From positions 7,580 through 71,579 of the forward strand of contig CBDUSO010000005.1 of the NCBI GenBank assembly GCA_965370295.1: a DNA stretch of 64,000 bases, written 5' to 3'. The notes below the pieces were generated by a model that worked only from the letters and a program-made list of their open reading frames with translations, ran no database searches and was not told the origin of the DNA. This document shows, piece by piece, positions 48,501-56,863 of the stretch. Positions within the stretch are counted from its first letter, which is position 1. Each line of letters starts with the position of its first letter. Source of the DNA: an uncultured bacterium (GTDB taxonomy: Bacteria > Caldisericota > Caldisericia > JAAYUI01). Position numbers and translations under genes: made by a program.

Positions 48501-49733
48501 GGATACAGCCAACCAATACCAATAACAACCGGTTACGGTCAAGTTGCTGCATTCTCAGGAAGAGGACCAACACCAGACCTCGATTACTCACATGGTGATC
48601 CAGAACCCTCAACTTGGGAAACAGCTGGAAGATACAAACCAGATATCGTTGCTCCTGGTACTCAGATCATGTCCTCCGCTTCATATCTTACACTTCAAGA
48701 GATAGGTTATTATGATCCAACCACAAATGGCAGACGTTATACCGGAAACAACTATAATGGTCAAAGACAAGTCCAAGCTGGTGAGCAGGGTGGACCATAC
48801 CTAGGCAGACACACATCAACTGATAGCCCAACCGGTCGTGCTGATGGCAATATGTATAAACACTATGCACTCATGGAAGGCACATCTTGTGCAACCGGTT
48901 TTGTTGCTGGTGCTGCTGCTGTCACAAGACAGTTCTATGAAAACAGGGGACTCTATATGTATCCAAATCCTTCCTCTGCTCTCATCAAAGCAACCTTAAT
49001 CCATGGAGCAAGAAACCTCGGTGGACAACCTGGTTATGATGCTCAGGCACCAGGTGCAGGATACGGTGCATGGGAATGGCTCTCAGCCAAACCAAGCTAT
49101 AGTCAAGGCTTCGGAAGACTCGACATAAAGAGATCTCTATACCCAGATCCACCAACCTACACACTTTTTGAAGATCATGATAGTGGTATCACAACCGGTG
49201 AAAAACATTATTTCTACTATGATGTCACCGACAACACTGTCCCATTTGAAGCAACTCTTACTTACATCGATATGCCAAAACTTCCAAACCCACAGGTAGC
49301 ACTCGCAAATGACCTTGATCTCATTGTCATTGACCCAGGCGGAACAGAGTATCATGGTAACATCTATACAACCGACCCACACATTGACCAGCACACAAAC
49401 AAGTATGAATCTTGGGGTCGTACATCGGCTGCAAACCCAGGTGGAACCAACTTCGACAGAAGAAATAATGTTGAACGCGTTGTTATCCCACCAAACCAGG
49501 TTAAAGAGGGTCGCTGGACAATATCAATATCCGGTGCTCGCGTAGAACAGTCTTCCACAAACATTCCACAGCTCTATGCGTTCCTTGTTTCTGGTGGAAA
49601 CCTTGCTGTTGCCGTTGCTCCAGCTCCAGAAGTTCCCGCACTCACACCAATGTCACTCCTCCTCGTTATCCTTGGACTCATAGGAGTCGGTGCATTCTTT
49701 ATTATCAGAAAAAAGGCAATGATTGTTGCATAA
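45591..49733 (+). CDS. Giant secreted subtilisin-like serine peptidase (S8 family) with large insertions and C-terminal PEP-CTERM-like sorting signal
   Basis: Signal peptide. Asp box VAIVGTGLDTGD, His box GHETHVTGSG, Ser box MEGTSCATGFVAGAAAV. C-terminus PEVPALTP + 21-aa hydrophobic helix + RKK (tripartite sorting signal). ATG at 45591 with GGAAAGGAAAAGG RBS; the long ORF starts at an upstream TTG. Confidence 0.75.
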   Translation: MRKVKLLSVLLAVIMVLPMAVGLGMRVTADDGPLMELLVYVTNPGDRNTFESMKLPDLTHYASGSILTEATESQMLTLANKNIEYIVIGRVDYRNINGVVMTVEDKKLKMVDEPKGWYAKYADATYEGYDFAYYLVDFVGPLKRAWIDKVTNMGGNIMDTYPLFEQTYLVRMDKDKIAELTQLDFVRATCIHSPIHKTNIWPKNEDSTYMRSVNITIAGNLPYAELEEISILLRNFGCKTFLQAKIDKFDANESPPRPEGMSDEEYGQMVDVWNEEHQMEGEYYSSAIDDEGHTVRDAAQIIMFGTVGPTKPLGIELKDEGPYELAFVRVVCPMRSIADIALIPQVLDIDMFAAPEAQNDLANWQIGSYAAWAANESTAIVTDPTDALPHDRLDHFGLHGESFIPTTCFLPTVSDPNNHDHYRQIVAIVGTGLDTGDVGSTYSISTQYSTNPVGDFAGRVVDHLAYVRPTNTNFYNTDRDTRWRWNPTNGGGTRVPRWNWVTTSYYNGAQENPGFVGSRGYPWMDWDGHETHVTGSGFGDGYWSIGHTPDDSWDQDGREPYDPGTVGVIADGVPGTPHMPPNLPAPYGVQPAGSTPAGNWDYRGVAYRAGLVVQRVTANNFSRARDSGQGQNGNTNYYFWGYAGRPTYLGLYQVIAPGPGYWYLRAQDSMFAIMNDAYLVGARIQVNAWVVPHRGRSAGWAAYPNSSGDREISYDPAVHNANEYNFFCTQMDRFTWEQKDMLLVQAGTTNTRLAAPFIYDYEWYNYTPRTLPDGARWERDQSPTYYSSPWCYTTPPTHDWFMGIPYPVLTPNVGVYYPPIGDTSTNLPLEFNYYYHQTVNSTQPPTTQQSSWPMGNADGKADFGTSALSPATAKNPITVGASESYRNIRTVQTIMPTNPTGGPTPPVATNRGPWTYGNAYSEVDHISWFPAEPLFSDNTANSDSPYTTDNNGGTLHESDWWLGETNGGTFGYSQPIPITTGYGQVAAFSGRGPTPDLDYSHGDPEPSTWETAGRYKPDIVAPGTQIMSSASYLTLQEIGYYDPTTNGRRYTGNNYNGQRQVQAGEQGGPYLGRHTSTDSPTGRADGNMYKHYALMEGTSCATGFVAGAAAVTRQFYENRGLYMYPNPSSALIKATLIHGARNLGGQPGYDAQAPGAGYGAWEWLSAKPSYSQGFGRLDIKRSLYPDPPTYTLFEDHDSGITTGEKHYFYYDVTDNTVPFEATLTYIDMPKLPNPQVALANDLDLIVIDPGGTEYHGNIYTTDPHIDQHTNKYESWGRTSAANPGGTNFDRRNNVERVVIPPNQVKEGRWTISISGARVEQSSTNIPQLYAFLVSGGNLAVAVAPAPEVPALTPMSLLLVILGLIGVGAFFIIRKKAMIVA

Positions 49734-49788
49734 CAAGCTAACAGTGGAATATGTTAGCTAGACAGAGTCATTGATAAGAAATAAAAAA

Positions 49789-49817
49789 GGGAGTCTTTTA
49801 CGAGACTCCCTTTTTTT
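49789..49817 (+). terminator. Rho-independent terminator after S8 peptidase gene
   Basis: GGGAGTCT TTTAC GAGACTCCC followed by T7. Confidence 0.6.
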
Positions 49818-49888
49818 GTTGTCCTTGCAATTTATAAGGATTTTCTACACAATGTGTGGGGTTAGAAGCATTTAGTAAAAGGTGAAAT

Positions 49889-50491
49889 ATGAGCAACTTC
49901 GTTGAGAAAACTATAGACAACATAAGACAGTATAAATCCGTAATATTATGGATTATTTTCAGTGTATTGATAGCAATTGTACTGCAGATAATCACACACA
50001 TGAATATACCAACCCTGAACGTAATGGGGGTTCGTGAGGTATACCTGAATCCGATGCAAAAGGGTTTGACCTATGCTGTGAGTTTCCCGCTTATTGGAAT
50101 AATGAAAGTGTTTGGTGTTACGGCAAGTTTTGAATCGGTATTTGGTGGGATGAATGGAGCTTTTATAAATCTCAGCGGATTCAGGATGGAAGTAATTTAT
50201 GAGTGTACTGGAATTTATGCTTGGATAGTTTATTCAGCAGCAGTTCTTGCTTACCCGACAGGAAATTATCTAAAAAATATCTGGGGATTCTTGATTGGAT
50301 TCCCCGCAATATACATCGTTAATTTGTTCAGATTCATCATTCTTGGGCTCGTTGGTGCATACTGGCCAAATGCGTTTGATTTCATACATGCCTATCTGTG
50401 GCAACTAATTATGATCGGTTTCTTGATATTGCTTTTCTGGATATTTGTTTCAAAGGTTGTTAAAGAAGCACCACCAAAAAAGACCAAGTAA
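49889..50491 (+). CDS. Exosortase/archaeosortase-family transpeptidase, minimal ~200-aa form
   Basis: Polytopic. Conserved Cys in EC-T-G context (YECTGIYAW, C106) and Arg in N-x-x-R context (IVNLFRF, R148), ~42 residues apart as in characterised exosortase/archaeosortase active sites. Confidence 0.65.
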   Translation: MSNFVEKTIDNIRQYKSVILWIIFSVLIAIVLQIITHMNIPTLNVMGVREVYLNPMQKGLTYAVSFPLIGIMKVFGVTASFESVFGGMNGAFINLSGFRMEVIYECTGIYAWIVYSAAVLAYPTGNYLKNIWGFLIGFPAIYIVNLFRFIILGLVGAYWPNAFDFIHAYLWQLIMIGFLILLFWIFVSKVVKEAPPKKTK

Positions 50492-50495
50492 ACAC

Positions 50496-50984
50496 AAGAT
50501 GACCACAAGATCAGCGTTTATTTTAAGAATTTCTGTAACGACAGTAGTTGTATTCACGCTTTGGACGCTGGTTGCAAAATGGTATGCGTTATTGGTTGAC
50601 TCTGCCGTAAGTGGGATGATTTGGAATATTGGTTTTTATGTTGAAAGATCATCAGGTGTGGAAACATCACTTCTTAGTCCGTTGATACCGTTCATAATAT
50701 TAATGATCGGAACTTGGGGTGTCGAATTTATCTATAGAGATAGAAAACTAAACTACAAATTGTTGCTGTGGTTTATTTTTATCTGTCTGATGCTCTTGGG
50801 TTTTACAATCCTTGGGCAGTACCTGGCTGTTTATATGGCAGTTTCAAACACCTTTTCACAAACAATGTTGAACATGACAAGCTTCTTTATCGCAACGGTT
50901 CCATTGCTTGTTCCCGTTGTTGCATGGTATGGCTTGTCAAAAGAAAAACTGAACCAAATAATGTCAAAAAAACCTGCAAAGTAA
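50496..50984 (+). CDS. Small polytopic membrane protein, candidate exosortase-system-associated partner
   Basis: Start chosen at MTTRSAF, just after the exosortase stop. 4 TM helices. Adjacent, same strand, no intervening terminator. Confidence 0.4.
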   Translation, partial: KMTTRSAFILRISVTTVVVFTLWTLVAKWYALLVDSAVSGMIWNIGFYVERSSGVETSLLSPLIPFIILMIGTWGVEFIYRDRKLNYKLLLWFIFICLMLLGFTILGQYLAVYMAVSNTFSQTMLNMTSFFIATVPLLVPVVAWYGLSKEKLNQIMSKKPAK

Positions 50985-50990
50985 GCTAAA

Positions 50991-51566
50991 TTATTTTGTA
51001 AATCTTGATCCGGGTGAATTTATTGGAACACCATCTTTGCATAAAGGGCATTCGTCAGGGTTGTAAGTTTTCACTTCCATACTGATGAGTGGAGTGAATT
51101 TCCAAGGAAAACTTGCTTTTCCACCTGACCTGTCGACAAGCGAACAGATACCAACAACATTTGCACCAAGCGATTCGGCGACCTTCCCAACTTCGGCAAC
51201 TGAGCCACCGGTTGTTACAACATCCTCACACAGAAGGACACGTTCACCTTTTTCAAGTGAGAACCCCCTTCTAAATGTCATCTTGCCGTCTCTTCTTTCT
51301 GCAAAAATATTTCTCACGCCAAACGCTCGACTCATTTCATACGCAAAAATTATTCCACCAACTGCAGGACCAATGATCGTTTGGACATCGAGATTCCCTA
51401 GTTTTTCTTTTAATAGTTCGCATAAAAGCTGGCTTTTTTCTGGGTACTGAAAAACTTTTGCACACTGAATGTATGTTCCAGAGTGTAAACCAGATGAGAG
51501 TTTGAAGTGTCCGGTTGTAATTGCGGATGTTGATTTTAAGATTTCCATTGGGTTGTTATTTGGCAT
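50991..51566 (-). CDS. pyrE: Orotate phosphoribosyltransferase
   Basis: GHFKLSSGLHSG and PRPP-binding VLLCEDVVTTGGS. Start at ATG with GGAGA RBS (MPNNNP). Confidence 0.85.
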   Translation of the reverse strand: MPNNNPMEILKSTSAITTGHFKLSSGLHSGTYIQCAKVFQYPEKSQLLCELLKEKLGNLDVQTIIGPAVGGIIFAYEMSRAFGVRNIFAERRDGKMTFRRGFSLEKGERVLLCEDVVTTGGSVAEVGKVAESLGANVVGICSLVDRSGGKASFPWKFTPLISMEVKTYNPDECPLCKDGVPINSPGSRFTK

Positions 51567-52278
51567 TTTCCATCTCCTCAATTATTTGTTTTGCTTCAGT
51601 AGCAGGATTGTCACTTTGGTAAATTGGTCTTCCGACAACGATGTGGCTTGCTCCGGATTTGATGGCAAGCCCTGGGGTCATCACTCTTTTTTGGTCGCCA
51701 AGGTCGTCAGTTTTTCTTCTGATTCCAGGGGTTACCACAAGGAAGTCATTCCCAAATGTTTCCCTGAGCATGGTGAGTTCTTTGGCAGAACAGACCAGTC
51801 CATCACATCCATTTGTGAGTGCAATTTCTGCAAGCCTTTTCACGGCTGTTTCGATGTTGTTGTCAGGAATTCCGATTTCATTCAAACTGTTAGTGTCGAA
51901 TGATGTTAAAATGGTAACTCCGAGGAGTTTCGGTTTATCTCTTCTGGTTTTTTCTGCCCAATTGTTGATTCTCTCACGAGACTTTTTTATCATCTCAGCT
52001 CCACCTAAGGCATGCAGGTTGAACATTGAAACTCCGAGCTCACAGGCTACCTCACAGGCATCTGCGACCTGGTTTGGAATATCAAAAAACTTTAGATCAA
52101 GGAAAATATTCCTGCCCATGGAGGAGATTTCTCTGACAATTTCTGGTCCGGATGAGTTGAATAATTTCAATCCGATCTTGACCATCACATCAGCAGGAAG
52201 ATTTTTTGAAAGTGATAATGCCTGTTCTCTTGAGACATCAAGTCCAACAATCAACTTTTTGGCTGGATTACTTTCCAT
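51556..52278 (-). CDS. pyrF: Orotidine-5'-phosphate decarboxylase
   Basis: LIVGLDV, DLKFFDIPNQ and catalytic Lys region. 240 aa. Confidence 0.85.
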   Translation of the reverse strand: MESNPAKKLIVGLDVSREQALSLSKNLPADVMVKIGLKLFNSSGPEIVREISSMGRNIFLDLKFFDIPNQVADACEVACELGVSMFNLHALGGAEMIKKSRERINNWAEKTRRDKPKLLGVTILTSFDTNSLNEIGIPDNNIETAVKRLAEIALTNGCDGLVCSAKELTMLRETFGNDFLVVTPGIRRKTDDLGDQKRVMTPGLAIKSGASHIVVGRPIYQSDNPATEAKQIIEEMENAK

Positions 52279-53185
52279 GTGCGACTCCTGTTATTTCAGA
52301 AAAATTTGAGAATCCATTATCATTTGCCCAAATGCTCATCTCGTCTGCAATCTCTTGCATAGCCAGTGGATTCTTCATGGTTGCAGTTCCAACTTGAACC
52401 ATGGAGGCACCTGCCATGAGGAATTTTATTGCATCCAATCCAGTTGAAATTCCGCCACAGCCGATGATGGGAATTTTGACCTCTTTGTAGATTTCCCAGA
52501 CACAACGAAGAGCAAGCGGAAGGATTGAGGGTCCGGAATAACCCCCCGTGATATTTCCAAGTGTTGGTTGTCTTTTGTTTATGTCGATGTCCATTCCAAC
52601 AAATGTATTTGAAACTGTTACCGCGTGTGCTTTGCCCTCTTTGGCGGCTTTTGCAATTGAAACAATATCTGTGACATTGGGACTCAACTTGACGATTATG
52701 TGTTTGTTGGTTCTAACTCTGATTCGAGATGTTAAGGATCGAACCTGGTCGGCTGATGTCCCAAATCTCATTCCCCCAATCGAAACATTTGGGCAGGAAA
52801 CATTGATCTCAAATCCAGCTATCATTGGGTGGTTGCCGATGGTTTCGATGATATTGATATATTCTTCGGGGCTATTACCCGAAACATTCACCCAAATATT
52901 GCAGTCATATTTTTCAAACTGGGGTAATTTATTCTCAATGAAATTTGCTAAACCTTCGTTTTCAAGACCGATGGAATTGAGGATTCCACCGGATATTTCA
53001 ACAATTCTTTGACCAGGATTTCCAGCCCTCGGGCTTGATGTGACAGCTTTTGTGACAAAACCACCAATCTTGCTGTAATCAAGAATATCCTTGTAAATCT
53101 CACCACAACCAAACGTTCCGGATGCGCCAAGAACAGGATTGCTGTACTCTGTTCCGAGGAAGGTTGTTACAGGATCAAAGAACAT
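52268..53185 (-). CDS. pyrD: Dihydroorotate dehydrogenase catalytic subunit (class 1B)
   Basis: NPVLGASGTFG, FMN-binding GGI.TG motifs. Start at MFFDP with GCGAGG RBS; the long ORF's N-extension is discarded. Confidence 0.8.
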   Translation of the reverse strand: MFFDPVTTFLGTEYSNPVLGASGTFGCGEIYKDILDYSKIGGFVTKAVTSSPRAGNPGQRIVEISGGILNSIGLENEGLANFIENKLPQFEKYDCNIWVNVSGNSPEEYINIIETIGNHPMIAGFEINVSCPNVSIGGMRFGTSADQVRSLTSRIRVRTNKHIIVKLSPNVTDIVSIAKAAKEGKAHAVTVSNTFVGMDIDINKRQPTLGNITGGYSGPSILPLALRCVWEIYKEVKIPIIGCGGISTGLDAIKFLMAGASMVQVGTATMKNPLAMQEIADEMSIWANDNGFSNFSEITGVAHGK

Positions 53186-53936
53186 CAGAGACCTCGCTTG
53201 CCGGGAAAACCGGACCATCAGTGCATACATGCTTTTGACCGGATTTTGTTTGAATCTGGCAACCCAGACAGGCACCAATTCCACATCCCATGTATGCTTC
53301 AAGACTGAATTCGACTTGGGTATTCCAGTCTTTCACCAAATTCCAGAGAGCCTTCAGCATGGGTTTTGGACCACATGCAAAAACGTGTGCAGGTGGAATT
53401 AATTTCTGTTGCATAAGTTCGATGACATTTCCATAAAATCCGACAGAACCATCATCGGTTGCAATTTCAGAGTTCTCAGGGAGAAAGTTAATTTCTGGAA
53501 GAAAGTCTTTTGAGCGACCACCGAGATACAAGGTTGAATTGATTTTATCCTTCAAATAGTTTGAGAGAAACAGAACCGGAGCAATCCCAGTTCCACCACC
53601 AACAAGATAACAATTCTCTGAATCTGGAAGAGTGAAACCGTTACCGAGAGGACCAAGAACGGTGACTATCTCCCCCTCGTTCATCCTGGATAAGGTTTCA
53701 GTTCCTTTGCCAACAATCTGGTATAAAATCTCGACCAGTCCAAACTTTTGGGTGTTCATTATCCCAAAGGGTTTTGGTAAAACACATCCTGGAATTCCAA
53801 GTTCCACGAACTGTCCAGGTTTACCTGTGAGTGCAATTGTCGGTTCAAAAAAAGTCAGGAGTTTGAGTTTGCTTCCGGGGATTTCAATGTTTGAAACAAT
53901 CTCAACTCGACTAAATATCTGCTTGGATTTTTCCAT
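53175..53936 (-). CDS. pyrK: Dihydroorotate dehydrogenase electron-transfer subunit
   Basis: FAD/NAD-binding ferredoxin-reductase fold plus C-terminal 2Fe-2S Cys cluster (CGIGACLGCQ). Confidence 0.85.
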   Translation of the reverse strand: MEKSKQIFSRVEIVSNIEIPGSKLKLLTFFEPTIALTGKPGQFVELGIPGCVLPKPFGIMNTQKFGLVEILYQIVGKGTETLSRMNEGEIVTVLGPLGNGFTLPDSENCYLVGGGTGIAPVLFLSNYLKDKINSTLYLGGRSKDFLPEINFLPENSEIATDDGSVGFYGNVIELMQQKLIPPAHVFACGPKPMLKALWNLVKDWNTQVEFSLEAYMGCGIGACLGCQIQTKSGQKHVCTDGPVFPASEVSDVL

Positions 53937-55206
53937 CCAGATAAACTGTCCTTCCAGAAACGATTGTGGCGTGAACCTTGCCCTTCAGCTTTCTGCCACT
54001 AAGTGGTGTATTTTTTCCTAAAGAGTGGAATTCGTTTGGATTTACTGTCCATTCTTTGTTTGGATCAATGATTGTGATGTCTGCTTTTTCTCCAACTTTG
54101 ATTATTGGTTTTTTCAGACCCATGACCTTTGCGGGACCGATTGTCATTTTTGAGAGAATCAATTCTGGCGAAACGATTCCTGTGTGAACAAGTTCGTTGA
54201 AGAGTAGCCCGATTGCAGTTTCAAATCCGCTGATACCAGGAGGTGCAAGATCAATCTCAACCTCTTTGTCTTCGCGTGCATGTGGGGCGTGGTCGGTTGC
54301 GATGCAGTCGATTGTGCCGTCAAGAAGAGCGTTGCGACATGCTTCTACATCTTTACTATTCCTAAGTGGGGGGTTCACTTTGCAGTTTGAGTTGTAGGTT
54401 CCAAGCAATTCGTCGGTCAGGGTCAGGTGGTGAGGGGTAACCTCGCAGGTTACTTTTGTTCCCTGGGCCTTGCTCTGCTTGATGAGTTCCACAGACCAGT
54501 TGGTTGAAACGTGGAGGATGTGAAGTCTTGCATCTGCTTCATGAGCCAGGATTAAGTCTCTTGCGACCATGGTTTCTTCGGCAGATTTTGGGATTGGATT
54601 CAGTCCGTAGAGTGTTGCAAAATATCCCTCACTGCAGACACCTTTTCCAGACAAGCTCAAATCTTCACAGTGGTTTGCAACCAGAAGGTTGTATGCCTTG
54701 GAATATTTGAGAGCAAGAAGCATGAGGTTTGCAGATGAAATTGGTGAGCCATCATCGGTGACCATTTTGACACCAGCTCTTGCGAGCCCGCCCATCTCAG
54801 CGAGGAATTTGCCCTCTCGATTCCTGGAGATGCATCCGATTGGCTCAACATTTACGATGCCCATGTCTTCCGTGCGTCTCTTGATGTAAAGTGCGGTGGC
54901 TTCGTTGTCGCAAGGGGGTTCGGTGTTTGGCATTGCAAAGATGGTGGTAAATCCACCGGCGGCTGCCGCTCTTGTCGCAGTTGCAATTGTTTCTTTGTGT
55001 TCGAAGCCGGGTTCACGAATGTGGGCATGAATGTCAATCAGTCCAGGACTGATGAGCATCCCCTTGCAATCAATGGTTTCATCACCAGAGAGATTGCTTC
55101 CGATTTTTGAAATTTTTCCATTTTCAATCAGGACATCACTCTCAAGGCTCTCAAGTTTTTCGACATCAACAATTTTTCCACCTTTAAGCACTGTGGATTT
55201 ATTCAT
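53911..55206 (-). CDS. pyrC: Dihydroorotase
   Basis: DIHAHIREPG (HxH), carboxylated-Lys region, DHAPH motif. Start at MNKSTVL with GGAGGTG RBS. Confidence 0.85.
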   Translation of the reverse strand: MNKSTVLKGGKIVDVEKLESLESDVLIENGKISKIGSNLSGDETIDCKGMLISPGLIDIHAHIREPGFEHKETIATATRAAAAGGFTTIFAMPNTEPPCDNEATALYIKRRTEDMGIVNVEPIGCISRNREGKFLAEMGGLARAGVKMVTDDGSPISSANLMLLALKYSKAYNLLVANHCEDLSLSGKGVCSEGYFATLYGLNPIPKSAEETMVARDLILAHEADARLHILHVSTNWSVELIKQSKAQGTKVTCEVTPHHLTLTDELLGTYNSNCKVNPPLRNSKDVEACRNALLDGTIDCIATDHAPHAREDKEVEIDLAPPGISGFETAIGLLFNELVHTGIVSPELILSKMTIGPAKVMGLKKPIIKVGEKADITIIDPNKEWTVNPNEFHSLGKNTPLSGRKLKGKVHATIVSGRTVYLDGKIQADI

Positions 55207-56125
55207 TTGATTCACCTCCAAGCAGGAGATATAGAACTGCCATTCTGATTGCCACTCCGTTTGTAACTTGCTCTGTGATTGTGGCGTTTTTTGATTCTGC
55301 AACACCCGGGTCAATCTCGATTCCTCGGTTCATTGGACCGGGGTGCATTATCGTGAGGTCTGGGTGTTTTGCCAGTCTGGCATTGGTCATTCCGTACTGT
55401 TCATAGTATTCGTGAGAGGTTGAGAACATTCCTTGTTTTTGTCTCTCAAGTTGGATTCTAAGAATGTTCACAACGTCATAATCAGGGAGTGCCTTGTCGA
55501 GGTTGTAGTGAACTTTCACTCCCAAATCCTCAATATTTTTTGGGAGCAAGGTTGGGGGGGCACATAGTCCGACTTCTGCACCCATCGCCTTCAAGCCAAA
55601 AATATTTGATCTTGCGACTCGTGAATGTCTTACATCGCCAAGAATCAGAACACGTTTTCCTTCGATGCTTCCAAGCCTCTCTTTGATTGTGTAGAGGTCG
55701 AGAAGTGCCTGTGTCGGGTGTTCGTTGACACCATCACCAGCATTTAAAACATGTCCACCGAAGAATGTTGAGATGAAGTGAGGAGCTCCGCACATTGACG
55801 TTCTGATTACGATGTAATCAGCACCAAGTGCGGTCAGGGTGAGAACGGTATCCTTCAAACATTCACCCTTTTGAACAGCTGAGGTTGAAGCATTTATGTT
55901 GATAACATTTGCGGAGAGTGTTTTTGCAGCCAGCTCAAAACTTGTTCGTGTTCTTGTTGATGGCTCCATGAAGAGGTTTACAACTGTTTTACCACGTAGC
56001 ACTGGAGCTTTTTTTATTTCACGACCAAGCAGTTCCTTGAAGCTCTCAGCAGAATCCAGAATCAGGCTTATCTCATCCCGACTCATATCCTTGAGTCCCA
56101 GCAGGTGTTTTCGTTTCAAACCCAT
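55199..56125 (-). CDS. pyrB: Aspartate carbamoyltransferase catalytic subunit
   Basis: STRTR, HPTQ and HPGP motifs. Start at ATG (MGLKRKHL) with GGAGG RBS. Confidence 0.9.
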   Translation of the reverse strand: MGLKRKHLLGLKDMSRDEISLILDSAESFKELLGREIKKAPVLRGKTVVNLFMEPSTRTRTSFELAAKTLSANVININASTSAVQKGECLKDTVLTLTALGADYIVIRTSMCGAPHFISTFFGGHVLNAGDGVNEHPTQALLDLYTIKERLGSIEGKRVLILGDVRHSRVARSNIFGLKAMGAEVGLCAPPTLLPKNIEDLGVKVHYNLDKALPDYDVVNILRIQLERQKQGMFSTSHEYYEQYGMTNARLAKHPDLTIMHPGPMNRGIEIDPGVAESKNATITEQVTNGVAIRMAVLYLLLGGESNE

Positions 56126-56224
56126 CTTTTCCAACCTCCTTGACTATCTCTTTTTCTAGTTTTTCTCAAAAAAAAACCCTGGCAACGATACAAGCCAGGG
56201 TCTGTTATTTCAGTTTGTAGATTA

Positions 56225-56773
56225 TCAATCTACCTTCTCTCCAATAATCACACGATCTTGACCATCGATTTCTTCAACCATAACCTCAACCACCTCGGAG
56301 AAAGATGTTGGAACTTGCTTGCCAACATAATCTGCACGAATTGGAAGCTCTCTGTGTCCACGGTCAATGATTACAGCGAGTTGAATTTTTTTGGGTCTTC
56401 CAAGGTCTGTGAGTGCATCCATTGCAGACCTGATCGTTCGACCGGTGAAGAGAACGTCATCAATGAGTATTACAACGCGACCCTTGATGTTGAAGTCAAC
56501 GGAAGTTCTATGGACCTTTGGTGTTTCATAGAGAAGGGAGAGATCATCACGATAAAGTGTGATGTCAAGTTCACCAACAAGTGGTTTTTTGCCCTCAGTT
56601 TCTTCAATCTTTTTTGCAATTCGGTGGGCAAGTGGAACACCACGCCGGTGAATACCGATGAGTGCAATCCCTTCAACCCCACGATTGTTTTCAGTAATTT
56701 CATGTGAAATTCTAGCAATGACCCTACCGACATCCTCTTTTTCCAGCAGAATTTTTTTGATCTTTAGTTCCAT
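56225..56773 (-). CDS. pyrR: Pyrimidine operon regulator / uracil phosphoribosyltransferase PyrR
   Basis: 182 aa. PRTase motif ILIDDVLFTGRTIRSAMDAL and characteristic PyrR N-terminus. Confidence 0.85.
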   Translation of the reverse strand: MELKIKKILLEKEDVGRVIARISHEITENNRGVEGIALIGIHRRGVPLAHRIAKKIEETEGKKPLVGELDITLYRDDLSLLYETPKVHRTSVDFNIKGRVVILIDDVLFTGRTIRSAMDALTDLGRPKKIQLAVIIDRGHRELPIRADYVGKQVPTSFSEVVEVMVEEIDGQDRVIIGEKVD

Positions 56774-56813
56774 TACTCAAAAATTATAGGGAATTAAAAA
56801 ATATAGTCAATTG

Positions 56814-56854
56814 AAAAAGGGAGTGAGATGGATTTCAAGCTCGCTCCCTTTTTT
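56814..56854. terminator. Bidirectional rho-independent terminator (GGGAGTGAG...CTCGCTCCC flanked by A5 / T6) between AIM24-family gene and pyrR
   Basis: 9-bp stem with one G-U wobble; U-tracts on both strands. Confidence 0.5.
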
Positions 56855-56863
56855 ATAAAAAAT

